From Octopus vulgaris (lineage: Eukaryota), in contig OX597824.1 in assembly GCA_951406725.2 (NCBI GenBank), forward strand, positions 64,232,001 to 64,296,000: 64,000 nt of DNA, read 5' to 3'. The translations under genes were made by a program, and so were the position numbers. Positions 52,170-63,998 of this stretch are shown here, piece by piece. The notes under the pieces were generated by a model. It saw only the letters and a program-made list of their open reading frames with translations, made no database searches and had not been told where the DNA came from. How positions within the stretch are numbered: position 1 is the stretch's first letter; the number at the start of each line of letters is the position of its first letter.

Positions 52170-52368
52170 GTTTGTGTGTCTGTGTTTGTTACCCTACCAT
52201 CACTTGACACCAATGTTGGTGTGTTTACGTCCCCATAACTTATCGATTCGGCAAAAGAGACTGATAGAATAAGTACTAGGCTTACAAAGAATAAATCCTA
52301 GGGTCAATTTGTTCACTTAAAGGCAGTGCTCCAGTATGGCTGCAATCAAATTACTGAAACAAATAAAA
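51957..52368 (+). mobile_element. SINE family A copy
   Basis: Colinear with 19978-20370. Confidence 0.85.
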
Positions 52369-52555
52369 ATTAACATCTGTCATAACATTCTTTTATTTAG
52401 GTACAAGTATGGCTGTGTAGTAAGCAGTTTGCTTCCAAACTCGGTAGTTTGGGGTTCAGTCCCACTGCACAGCACCCTTGGGTAAAGACTTTTTACTGTA
52501 GTCTTAGCTTTGTGAGTGGATTTGACAGAGACTGAAAGGATCTCATTACGTGTGT

Positions 52556-52606
<51 letters not shown>

Positions 52607-52711
52607 CGTGTGTAAGTATGTGTGGCTGTGTGGTTAAAAGGTTTAGTTCCCATGGTTCTGGATTCTGTCCCACTGTGTGCCACTTTGGGCAAATGTCTTC
52701 TACAGCCCCAG

Positions 52712-53592
52712 GTCAGGATAATTGCCACTGGGAAAATTTCCACTAGGATAATTACCACTCGAAACATTACCTATGTGTGAATATTGCCACTGGGAGCATA
52801 TGCAAGTTTGTTTATAGTTTTGCCACTGGGAGCACTGCCCAAGTGGAAGCATTACCATTTTGCATCATTAACTCCAGAATCATATTGAAGAAACCATTCT
52901 CCAGAGACAAGAACAGTAAATTTTTGTGGTATGGATTATCCTGTACATGATAGTGGAACAGCTGGAAAAATTAACATTTTTCTGCCTCCATTTTCAAACA
53001 TTTCTGCTTATGCTACTTACAGAAGGTAATTGAGAAAGCTTCATCTAAGGTAACAACCACTTGAAATACCAATAAGTGACTGGATTGATGATATGTTGCA
53101 GAAATGGCTTTTAAAGTTGCTAGCGAAATTTTGGCGTCAACTACATCCTTAGTCGCAGAGTGACAGTACTCATTAACATACTTTAAAATTTCAATATTCT
53201 CTAGTAATGCCTTCCGGTGTAATCTTGCTCTGTATTTCATTTGCTTTCTTTGAGAACATTCCCAATAAATAATTGTGCCACTCTTATTTTCACTGTGTTT
53301 ATGATACATGTATTACAATTCATCAACAAATATATCCCTTCCATGTTCAATTTTTACCACATGTGCCATTATGGGTCTTAATTTGAACAGTTTTAAAGCA
53401 AAAAAAAATTATTTTGAAATTAGCAAGAATGTCGTAGCTTAAGTTTATTAGTAAATTGCTGTTGGCCAGGTTGTTGGGTGTATTTTTGTGTATAGAAAAT
53501 ATACAAAAATATGATATAGAGACATTACATATAAACGTTTATTCCATTTATAATTCCTTGTGAAATTTTCCCAGTGGCAATCATCTGCGCAC
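52712..53592 (-). mobile_element. MULE-like element with FLYWCH-type fragment
   Basis: TIR-like gataattgccactgggaaaatttc / gaaattttcccagtggcaatcatc; YHKHSENKSGTIIYWEC....YRARLH.....YCH. Confidence 0.65.
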
Positions 53593-53647
53593 AAGGCTAA
53601 CCAAACCCATGTGAGTGGATTTGGCAGATGGCAATTGAAAGAAACCC

Positions 53648-53690
<43 letters not shown>

Positions 53691-55511
53691 TTGTCTTGAC
53701 ATTGCATACAAACAAGTATAACTACCATACAAGTTGTGACATTCATTTCCAATAGTCTATGAAAACATATCTGACAATGGGAAAACATTACCTTGCTGGG
53801 AAACAGATAAAGGCTGGCAACAGGAAGGGCATCTAGCTGTAGAAAAATCTGCCTCGATAAACTCCATCCAACCCATGAGAGCATGGAAAAGTAAATGTTA
53901 AAAATGAAGATGATAATTATGATGATGATGTACAAGTATGTGTTCTTTGAATTTGTCTGCCCTATTGTTTGACAACCAGTGTTGGTTTGTTTATGTTCAC
54001 ATAATTTAGCAGTTTGGCAAAAGTGACCAATAGAATAAGTAGCAGACTTAGAAAATATAAAATCCTACAGAAGCCAATTTGATTGACAAAGCCCTCTAAG
54101 GCCCCAGAATGGCCACAGGTGAATGACTCATCATCATCATCGTCCAGGCAGGCGACTTGCCCAGACATAAATTGACCAAATATCAAAATCTGGGGATTGA
54201 GTCAAAAATTTACTTGATGAGTGATGCTATATGAATGTCTAGCTTGAGCTTTAGTCATATTAGACATTTGATATTTAAACCCCTCATCTCTGTATGCCAC
54301 GACTACAGCTCATAGTCGATGGTTCTACTGACTGAACTGGTTGATCCTGGCAATTGACGGTCTGTTCATCTACTCGGCATCTAGTGATTTTCACCATTGA
54401 CTCAATCAATAAGTTCATTTGCTAAAATGGTTCACATTTACCATGCTGCATGATATCAAGATAACTCTAACATTATAAGGAAAACCCTTATATAAAAAGA
54501 TATATTTGAAAGTTATGGCTAAGTGAAACGTGAGTGTGTGTACATATTTTCAGTTAGTTGCCAATATTCAGAATCTCCCAGCACAGTATGTCTGAGTAGT
54601 CCCTCAAATGGAAACCCTTAGAGTAAAAGGAAAGCAGGAAGGACATGAAAGTCCTGGCAACATAACCTGGAGAACAAAATGTGATGATTTGGACAGAACT
54701 GGGTGCGATTAGAAAAGAAGACCCAGTATAAAGATGAATAGAGAAAGGCGATTGATGGCCTAAGTCCTAAGAGGACCAAGACCCTGAGTAAGAGATATTT
54801 ATTTCTTTATTGTCCACAGTGGACTTAACATAGAGGAGAAAAACAAGAACAAAGCGATCAAGTTGATTGCATTGACCCCAGTGCATAACCAGTACTTATT
54901 TAATCAACACTGAAAGGATGAAAGGCAAAGTCAACCTTGGTGAAATTTGAACTAAGAACATAACGCAGACAAAATACCGCTAAGCATTTCGCCCGACATT
55001 ATGCTAGATATTGTTAGTATTGATCAACTAGAGTTTCAAAATATAATCCACATTGTATTTAGATTTTCATCAGCATTTTATGTAGTATAAGAAGTATTAG
55101 TGATGCCCTCTGTCTAATGAGAGAGTCCAACCCCTCCTCAAAGCAGTAGGGTGGTGCAAACGGGCAGTGTCAGAGCTATGCCGTTGAGAACTTTGGTTCC
55201 TGATAGGGCCACCCAAGGCGGATTGGTCTGGTACCGAGTGGTATTAGGGCCGCAGCCTGGCCAACATATGCTAGCATTTGAAAACTTAGTAATTGGTGAA
55301 AATTCCAAGAAGCGTCTGATCGGCAACCGGTGGCTTCAAGGTCGTTCTGTCCCTGCATCTGTGGAGACTCCATGGCAAACAGGGCGTCCTGCCACTCGGG
55401 ATATGCATGCGAGATGTCGGAGACCGCTTGTGAATTCAATATTCCCACGAAACTTCTTCTCTGAATCCTACTACTACCATGGCAACAAATACGAATATGA
55501 ATTATCTACCT

Positions 55512-55650
55512 ATGAGCTTGCTTACCAACTACATGGCTCCGGGTTCAGTCCCACTGCGTGGCAACTTGGGCAAGTGTCTTCTGCTATAGCCTCAGGCCAA
55601 CCAAAGCCTTGTGAGTGGATTTGGTAGATGGAAACTGAAAGAAGCCCATC

Positions 55651-55727
<77 letters not shown>

Positions 55728-55928
55728 TGTTTGTGTGTGTGTTTGATCCTCACCGTTGCTTGACAACCGATGTTGGTGTGTTCACGTTTCCGTTACTTAG
55801 CGATTCGGCAAAAGAGACCTATAGAATAAGTACTAGGCTTACAAAGAATAAGTCTTGGGGTCGATTTGTTCAACTAAAGGTGGTGCTCCAGCGTGGCCAC
55901 AGTCAAATGGCTGAGACAAGTAAAGAAT
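55512..55928 (+). mobile_element. SINE family A copy (head truncated)
   Basis: Colinear with other copies. Confidence 0.85.
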
Positions 55929-56891
55929 GCATACATACATACATACATACATACTCATATAACTCTAGTCAGCCCAGAGCTATGGCTCAAGCTGCTATGC
56001 AGATCAATGTGTGAAGAAAGCAAACTTCTTAAGCGCACAATCAAAGCTCAAATGCTTTGATTATAAATTTGCCTGATCATGTCCTTTACAGAACCTGAAC
56101 AACAGTAATTTCACCTGTGAAATTGTTGTTATAGAAGTAAAAGAAATGTGAAAAGAAGAATTGTGAATGTTCCGTTTAGTAAAGGAATAGGTGCCAGAAG
56201 AACTGATTTCATCCCCAGATGACACGGAGTGGTATACAATGCTATGTATTTTAGAGAAAAGGTTTTGTAAAAAGTAAACAAACAAAAAATAACATTTCAA
56301 TCTTATGATTTTCCTCTTGGGTTTCTTATCCAGTTCAACAAGCATAAAATATGAAACTATTGTTGTTGATATATTTCACAGCTATTGTACGATGTGTGAA
56401 ACATTTCTGTGAGAAACAAGATCAACTTATTACGAAATGTTGTTTACGTAGAAACAGAAATATCTTTGTTATTATTATCATTGTTTAATGAAAGAAAAGG
56501 AAAGAAAGGAAAAGTTGGTTCAAAGGTGTCACGGTAGCAGAAATGGCAGCGCAATAAGACAAATAACCTGAATATTTAGTTATCTCTCTTTATGTTTTGA
56601 GTTCAAAACTTTGCGCAGTCACCATGACTTTCTTTTGGCAAGAGTTGAATAAATACCAGTGGTTGTTGCTGTCATTTTTAATCCCAGTTTAGTCCTAATC
56701 AATTAAGATTAACCTGGGACTAACCCAGTAGAGTTCTGCCATGTACTTGAGTAAATTACATCAGCTACCAAAAATCAATACAAAAATAGCCTTGTACCTA
56801 TGCTAAAAGGTTCTCTTTCTTCAATATATATATATGGAGTACACATGTATGCTCATAGATTGGCTGTCCAGAAAGAAGTGAACTATACCGA

Positions 56892-56939
56892 CCCATCTGA
56901 GGATGCTTCAGCCTAAAGCTGAAACCATACAGTAAAGGG
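56892..56939 (+). ncRNA. Hammerhead motif, partly decayed
   Basis: CCCaU-CUGAGGA-uGCUU-cagccua-AAGCu-GAAAC-cauaca-GUA-AaGGG, inside a ~300-bp segment flanked by (TA)n. Confidence 0.6.
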
Positions 56940-57120
56940 ATATTACAGTTGCCAATTTCTGGCCCTCTACGGTCACTGTCAGCATGTATGTATATAATTA
57001 TATGTGTGTTGACAGCAGCAATAGAGCCCTTTAACTCTTATTTCTAGCCATGTGGGTGTTCTAACACCCTCAGTCATATTGTGACTCTTTTTGGTGAAAC
57101 ACTGCTAACTAGCTGCCTCA

Positions 57121-57180
<60 letters not shown>

Positions 57181-57588
57181 CATGTACATTCATACACACA
57201 CAAACACAGAGTCATACATGTAGATATAAAACCCATTCAATTAATGCTTTTTAGCCACTCCCTTGATAGGAACATACAAAGATTTCTTTTAGACAATAGA
57301 TGCCCCTTTTCTCACTCCCTAGCACTTTGAACTCTATCCCAAACTATATTTAAAGAAGGCTTCAACGAAAAATCTCCAGACATGTTCTTGACCCCTGACA
57401 AAAGATAAACTGTTTTTACTTCAAATTAAAAAAAATTTTTACTGATATTTCATAAGAGACAACAAAACCGGTAATGTTTTCTTTATATAATTTTTTATTA
57501 AATTTTTATTAAATTTTTTATTAAATTGAAATGTCTTGTGATATTTCCACCTCCATCTTTTATATATACATATGTGTGTGTATATATA

Positions 57589-57659
<71 letters not shown>

Positions 57660-57678
57660 ATTATATATATATATATAT

Positions 57679-59180
57679 AAGGATTAGAATCGAAGGGCCT
57701 CAGAGTCAATCTAGCTAAAACCAAAGTCGTAATCAGTAGGAAGGTAGACAAATCACAAACACCTTCAGGTAGATGGCCCTGCTCGATCTGTAGAAAAGGT
57801 GTAGGTAGAAACTCTATAAGATGCACCAAGTGTAAGCTATGGACATATAAGAGATGCAGCAATGTCAAAGGAAGGCTAACTAGGAAGATGGTTTTTGTAT
57901 GTGGCAGATGCTCAGGAACAATAAACACTGAAAATGCTCTGAGACCAACTTCTGTCACTTTCCAGGGAGAAAAACTAGAAATAGTTGATAGTTTCCGTTA
58001 CCTAGGTGACCAAGTCAGCAGCGGGGGCGGGTGTGCTGAAAGTGTAACTGCTAGAGTAAGAATAGCTTGGGCAAAGTTCAGAGAGCTCTTACCTCTGCTG
58101 GTGACAAAAGGCCTCTCGCACAGAGTGAAAGGCAGACTGTATGATGCGTGTGTACGAACAGCCATGCTACATGGCAGTGAAACATGGGCCGTGACTGCTG
58201 AGGATATGCGTAAGCTCGCTAGAAATGAAGCCAGTATGCTCCGATGGATGTGTAATGCCAGTACTCACACTCGGCAGAGTGTAAGTACCTTGAGAGAAAA
58301 GCTGGACCTAAGAAGCATCAGTTGTGGTGTGCAAGAGAGACGTTTGCGCTGGTATGGTCATGTGGCGAGAATGGATGAAGATAGTTGTGTGAAAAAGTGC
58401 CACACCCTAGCGGTTGAGGGAACCTGTGGAAGAGGCAGACCCAGGAAAACCTGGGACGAGGTGGTGAAGCACGACCTTCGAACTTTAGGTCTCACCGAGG
58501 AAATGACTAGAGACCGAGACCTCTGGAAGTGTGCTGTGCGCGAGAAGACCCGGCAGGACAAGTGAGTCCACAACCCGTGGCCTTCTACATGGGATGGAGC
58601 CAGCCTACGTATGCATACCTTCCCTTCTTGGGACACAAAACTCTACTTGTGAAGACGTGTTGAGGCAAGTGAGGATCAGAATCGAAATCGATCAATGGAA
58701 ATTGCGGATGTGCTACCAGTGCCGGTGGCATGTCGAAACTCTGCTTGTGAAGACCCATTGAGGCAAGTGAGGATCAGAATCGAAATCGATCAATGGAAAT
58801 CGATCAATGGAAATTGCAGATGTGTTACCAGTGCCGGTGGCATGTAAGAGAACCTTCCGTTTCGCGACCGTTGCCAGCACCGCCCCGTTTCGTGTTCGTT
58901 GCCAGCCTCGCCTGGCCCTCGTGCCGGTGGCACATAAAAAACACCATCCGTTCGTGGCCGTTTGCCAGCTCTGGCTGGCACCAGTGCGGGTGGCACGTAA
59001 AAAGCACCCACTACACTCACGGAGTGGTTGGCGTTAGGAAGGGCATCCAGCCGTAGAAACACTGCCAGATTTGACTGGGCCTGATGAAGCCTTCTGGCTT
59101 CACAGACCCCAGCAGAACCGTCCAACCCATGCTAGCATGGAAAACGGACGCTAAATGATGATGATGATGATGATGATGAT
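57679..59180 (+). mobile_element. 5'-truncated RTE-clade LINE (same family as 28245-29886)
   Basis: ORF 57888-58565 highly similar to 28414-29310; (GAT)n tail. Confidence 0.9.
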
Positions 59181-59251
59181 ATATACACATATATATATAT
59201 ACATACACACATATGTATAATGGACTGTTCTTATATATATATATATACATA

Positions 59252-59538
59252 CAGTGGTTGACTAGGTCTAAAAATATTGGTTGCCTGGAGACTAAGGGGA
59301 CCCACCCGCAACTACAATGCTATCATTTTATTGGGTTTTTTTTGTTAAAAGTATTCTTTTCAACTGTCTACAATCACAGCTGAAATAATTAATGCATTCT
59401 TCTAGAAGTGAATAAAAAGTTCTCAAACTCAAGGGGATGGACCCCTTAGATACTAACATGGCCCCCATATATGGATTCTAATGGCTTAGGGGCCCACTTG
59501 CTATCAGGCAAGCTGGCAAATTGGCCAGTCTGCCACTG
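59252..59538. mobile_element. hAT-like MITE
   Basis: CAGTGG..gactagg / ggccagtc.gCCACTG termini within TA-rich flanks. Confidence 0.55.
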
Positions 59539-59644
59539 TATATATATATAATATACTGTTCTGTGACAGAAAATTCAACAAAAATGTACTCCATCTGGTG
59601 AGCGATAAGTATTATTTATTTAAAAACACAAAGCATGTCTTTAA

Positions 59645-59699
59645 GTGCTACTAAAAGTTTCATATGTTGAGAAATATCTTAAACATATCCATCAGGCTC
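59645..59699 (-). ncRNA. Hammerhead motif (A9G core)
   Basis: GaGC-CUGAUGG-AUAUGUU-(13 nt)-AACAUAU-GAAACU-uuu-AGUA-GCaC. Confidence 0.6.
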
Positions 59700-60491
59700 A
59701 AACTCCATATCATAACAAACTAAAAAATATTGAATAGGAAAAGAAACATGAAAAAACTGAAAAGGCAGCATATAGAAAAATGTAGAAGGTTCATAAACAT
59801 GGCTATGTGGTTAAAAAGCCAGCTAATCCATAATGCATTAAGTTAATCTTGGTTTTATACAGTCTCTGTTGAGGTAGCACTTTTGGAGGGCTTGTGGGGG
59901 TTAATTTGAACAGTAGTTAGGTTGTAGGGTGGGTTGTGATGGAGAGGTGTTGTGGAGAATTTTTCATTTATTAAATTTGAGGTTATGTTTTTGTTCAAAA
60001 CTTATTCATGCATGTAAAACTTTCTAAACAGGTGTGTATATTTAGGTGTGTCAGCTTCAGGTTGTAGGATTTTTTTAGTGATTCATAAAAAGTAAATAGG
60101 TGGGCAATGGATGTGTCACTAGTTTTAGTTATTTTTAGTTTTATTGGATTTGATCCTTTGATTCCGCAATGTAAGGTTCAAAACTCAAAGTTTAGTCTAG
60201 CATTTGAAAACTTAGTAATTGGGTGTGTCAGCTTAGTTGGTAATAGAATTTTTAAGGGTTTGCATAGGAATGTAAGTAGGTGGTATGTTTTAATCAATCA
60301 GTAAGTTTCTTTACTTGATGTTTATGTTATTTAAAGTATTTCTTGTTTGTATTTGGAATGTGAAGGTTATTAGTTGAGCATGTCTTTTTTGTTACTATAG
60401 AAATGTGTTTATCTTTTGCTTTGATGTTTAAAAAAGTGTGTAGGTAGATGTAAAAGATCATTGGTCAGTATATTTATATTCTTGTGAAAAG

Positions 60492-60522
<31 letters not shown>

Positions 60523-60589
60523 ATTTAGGAATGGTCATTTTGCCAGTTTAGCCAATAAATGTATATATACATATACATACATACATACA

Positions 60590-60620
<31 letters not shown>

Positions 60621-61277
60621 GCATGTGTGTGTGTGTGTGTGTGTGTGCAAGTGTATGTGTGTGTATATATCATCATCATCATTATCATCATTTAACATTC
60701 ATTTTTTATGTTAGGATGTTTTTCACTGTTTCACAGGAGCTGACATCATGCTCTACTGTGGTTTCTATGGCTTCTGCCCTTCCTAACGCCAACCACTTTA
60801 CAGAGTCTACTGGGTACTTTTTATGTGGCACCAGCAGCAGTGAGATCATCAAATGATTTACAAGAGAAGACCCCCTTAACTGAGTGGCAAGAGGAGTAGT
60901 GTTAAGGAAGGCTGCTTTGATTCAGATGAAAGGTTAGAGTATGAGAAGAGAGAAATAGGTGTTCTCGCTGTAAAGGAGATTCATGGTTACCTCTGTAGGA
61001 GACAGAAAGGAGAGAGAGAGAGAGAGAGAAGGGGAGATGGAGAGGGAGAGAGAAGGGAGAAAAGATGAAGATGTTATGGAAGCATATACTCAAGCTACAA
61101 GGATGTGTATGAAGTGAGGGGAGACTGAGAATTGGATAGGGTAAGAGGATGGGTGAGTTTATGAGATTGCAAATGAGAGTGAGAGGTGGAGGGGATTACA
61201 GTGAATGGTAAGCATGAGTGGGAGTATGGTGGGTATCAGTGGCACACACACACACACACACACACATACATATATAC

Positions 61278-61361
<84 letters not shown>

Positions 61362-61364
<3 letters not shown>

Positions 61365-61558
61365 GGTCCCGGGTTGATTCGGGGTTAACCACAGTAAGTA
61401 AGGTACTCAATACATAGCAGAGTAAAATTAATTTATTATATAGAAGGAGCTTCTACAGGACTAGTACTGTTTCATTCAAGAGAAATCTTCAGGAAGCACT
61501 GAAGATTTCTCTTGAATGAAACAGTACTAGTCCTGTAGAAGCTCCTTCTATATAATAA

Positions 61559-61560
<2 letters not shown>
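61362..61560 (-). mobile_element. PLE pLTR fragment with near-perfect inverted duplication
   Basis: 61432-61492 / 61499-61559 palindrome; flanked by (TA)n. Confidence 0.75.
61449..61497 (-). ncRNA. Type I hammerhead ribozyme
   Basis: GCUUC-CUGAAGA-uUUC-ucuu-GAAu-GAAACAG-uacuaguc-CUGUA-GAAGC; all core nucleotides present. Confidence 0.85.
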
Positions 61561-61600
<40 letters not shown>

Positions 61601-61697
61601 CGGGAAGCTTTATGAAAATAAACAAAAGACGAAGGCAGGTGGAAAACAAACGAACAATTGTATTAGTATGGCGCTCAGGAAATATAAATAAAACAAG

Positions 61698-61735
61698 TCT
61701 TTAACGTTTCGAGCCTACGTTCTTCAACAGAAAGA
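61698..61735 (-). ncRNA. Hammerhead-like motif with CUGUUGA core
   Basis: UCUUU-CUGUUGA-aGAaC-guag-GCUC-GAAAC-GUU-AAAGA. Confidence 0.6.
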
Positions 61736-62279
61736 TACACAGAGAGAGAAAAACACAGAAAGAAGGAGAGAAAAAAATGCGTGCAGTAGCTAACGAATCA
61801 ACATGGCGATCTGATTTCGGCCAGAGGTCAAAGATCAAACATGAAACGCGAGAGCGAAATAAGGGGAGATAATAGGGTTGATAAAAGGGTTGGGGGACCA
61901 GCTAAAAGTGCGTGGGAGGGGTCTGGATGTGTGTATGTATAGGGTTGGTGTATGTATTAGTATGTATAAGGGTGTGTGTGTGTGTGTGTGTATGAGAGAG
62001 TATTAGTGCGTAAGATTGGTCTGGACGTGCATATGTATGGGGTTGGTGTATGTATTAGTATGTATTAGTATGTATTAGTATGTATTAGTACGTATTGGTA
62101 TGTATAGGTGTGTGTGTGTGTGAGAGAGAGAGTATAAGTGCGTATGCGGGGTCTGGACGTGTGTATGTATAGGGTTGGTGTAAGTATTAGTATGTACTAG
62201 TATGTATTAGTACGTATTAGTATGTATTAGTTGGTGTGTGTATTAGTATGGCACATCATATGTGATGTGATGTGTAAAG

Positions 62280-63998
62280 TCATGTGGTGTAGTGAGGAGA
62301 AGAGGGGGGGAGAAGAGGGGGGAGGGAAGGGGAGGGGAAGAAGGGGGAAGAGGAGACGATGGGGGAGAAGGAAGGTGAGGAGGGGGATGAAGGAGGAAAG
62401 AGGGAGAGGGGGAGAGAGGGAAGGGGGAGAGAGAGAAGGGGAGAGAGGGAGTGAGGGAGCAGAGGGAAGGGGAAGAAGGGAGGGAGAAAGAGGGAAGAAG
62501 GGAAGGGGAGTAGGGGTGAAAGGATGAAGGACTGAAGAAGTAGGGATCGGGGGGAGAAAGGATAGGTGAGGAGGGGGAGAGGGGGGTTAGATGAGGAGGG
62601 GGGAGAGTTGAGACCAAATGGCGTATAAGAGCGAAGAGAGAAGATTAATTCCTGTTCACGGCGCAAACGGGAATCCGGATGGCCTCTGTGTAAGGACAAA
62701 CCGAACACAGATAGGTGTTGCAAGGAGTGACCGGTGGAGCGGAAATGGCGTGAGACCAGTGTGTCGTTCGCAAGGTGGATGTCACGAAGGTGTTCCGCGA
62801 ACCGGTCAGCCAAGCGGCGTCCCGTTTGTCCGATGTACAAGGAATTGCAGAGAGAGCAAGAGATGCAATAGATAATATTGCTGGAGGTGCAGGTGAAGGA
62901 GTGGATGATGGGATAGGGTCGATGGTGGGTGCTAGTGAGGCGGGTGGTGTTGGAGAGGTAAGGGCAAGTGCGGCAACGTGGGCGGGAGCAGGGGAACGAG
63001 CCGGGTTGGGAGGTAGGGTCAGGGAAGGAGCTATGGACCAAAAGGTCTCGAAGGTTGTGGGCTCGTTTGAAAGAGGGGAGGGGTCGGTTAGGGAAGAGGT
63101 GTGAAGTGGACGGGTCGGACTGGAGATGACGGAAAGCTCGAAGAATGGTGCGTTGGAGACGTAGGGTCGTGGGGTGGTAAGTGAGGGGAAAAGGGAGGCG
63201 GGAGACTACAGGGCGGGTTCGGGGAGAGAGAGCAGATACACGGTCCACGGACCGTGCTCTGGCAAGGGCGGTGTGGATAGTGGTGAGGGGGTATCCACGT
63301 AGGGTGAAGTGGTGAGCCATACGTTGAGACTGAGTCTCAAAGTCATGGTCGTCACTACAGAGCCTACGTAGACGGAGGAATTGGGAATAGGGGATGGAAA
63401 GCTTGGTGTGTTCTGGGTGGGAGGAAGAGAAGTTGAGGTATGAGTGTGAGTCTGTGTGTTTGTAGTGAATGGAGGTGGTAAGAGTGGAGTGAAGAATGCT
63501 AACCGAAATGTCGAGGAAGGAGACAGAGGTGTTGGAGATAGTGGAAGTGAAGTGGAGGGCTGGATGGAAAGATTGGACGAAAGAGAGGAAGGAATCTAGA
63601 TGTTCGCGGGAGAGTGAGGTGGCACCGATAATGTCGTCAATATAACGACCATATAGTTCAGGAGTGGGACCAGTGAAATTAGAGAATATTTGGGCCTCAA
63701 CATAGCCAACGAACAGGTTCGCATAGTTGGGGCCCATTCGCGTTCCCATGGCCACTCCCGAGATCTGATGGTAGAACTCGCCCGCGAACGAGAAGCAGTT
63801 CAGAGTAAGGACAAGTTCGGTCAGACGAATGAGTGTGGAGGTGTCAGGTACAGGGTTAGAGCGGAGGTCAAGAAAGTGTCGAAGGGCCTGCAGTCCTTCG
63901 TGGTGAGGGATAACAGTATAGAGGCTTTGGATGTCCATAGTAAAAAGGATTTTGGAGGAGGCGGGAGGAAAGGAGAAAGAGTTGAAAAGCCGGAGAGC
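62280..63998 (-). CDS. PLE reverse transcriptase + GIY-YIG endonuclease (partial, open to the window edge)
   Basis: FTMDIQSLYTVIP, GVAMGTRMGPNYANLF, RYIDD, FLDI, YKHTDSH, CSRPRCRTC, NIIYCISCSLCNSLYIGQTGRRLADRFAEH, REQELIF....PFGLN; frame is open upstream of the listed Met. Confidence 0.9.
   Translation of the reverse strand, partial: ALRLFNSFSFPPASSKILFTMDIQSLYTVIPHHEGLQALRHFLDLRSNPVPDTSTLIRLTELVLTLNCFSFAGEFYHQISGVAMGTRMGPNYANLFVGYVEAQIFSNFTGPTPELYGRYIDDIIGATSLSREHLDSFLSFVQSFHPALHFTSTISNTSVSFLDISVSILHSTLTTSIHYKHTDSHSYLNFSSSHPEHTKLSIPYSQFLRLRRLCSDDHDFETQSQRMAHHFTLRGYPLTTIHTALARARSVDRVSALSPRTRPVVSRLPFPLTYHPTTLRLQRTILRAFRHLQSDPSTSHLFPNRPLPSFKRAHNLRDLLVHSSFPDPTSQPGSFPCSRPRCRTCPYLSNTTRLTSTHHRPYPIIHSFTCTSSNIIYCISCSLCNSLYIGQTGRRLADRFAEHLRDIHLANDTLVSRHFRSTGHSLQHLSVFGLSLHRGHPDSRLRREQELIFSLRSYTPFGLNSPPSSSNPPLPLLTYPFSPRSLLLQSFILSPLLPFPSSLFLPPFFPFPLLPHSLSPLLSLPLPSLPLSLFPPSSPSSPSFSPIVSSSPFFPSPSLPPLLPPSSPHYTT

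Noticed and set aside
56061-56345. Possible host exon (also splice-like signals near 20745-20812 and 30820-30880)
   Set aside because: No recognisable protein similarity or consistent exon chain; cannot be supported without transcript data.
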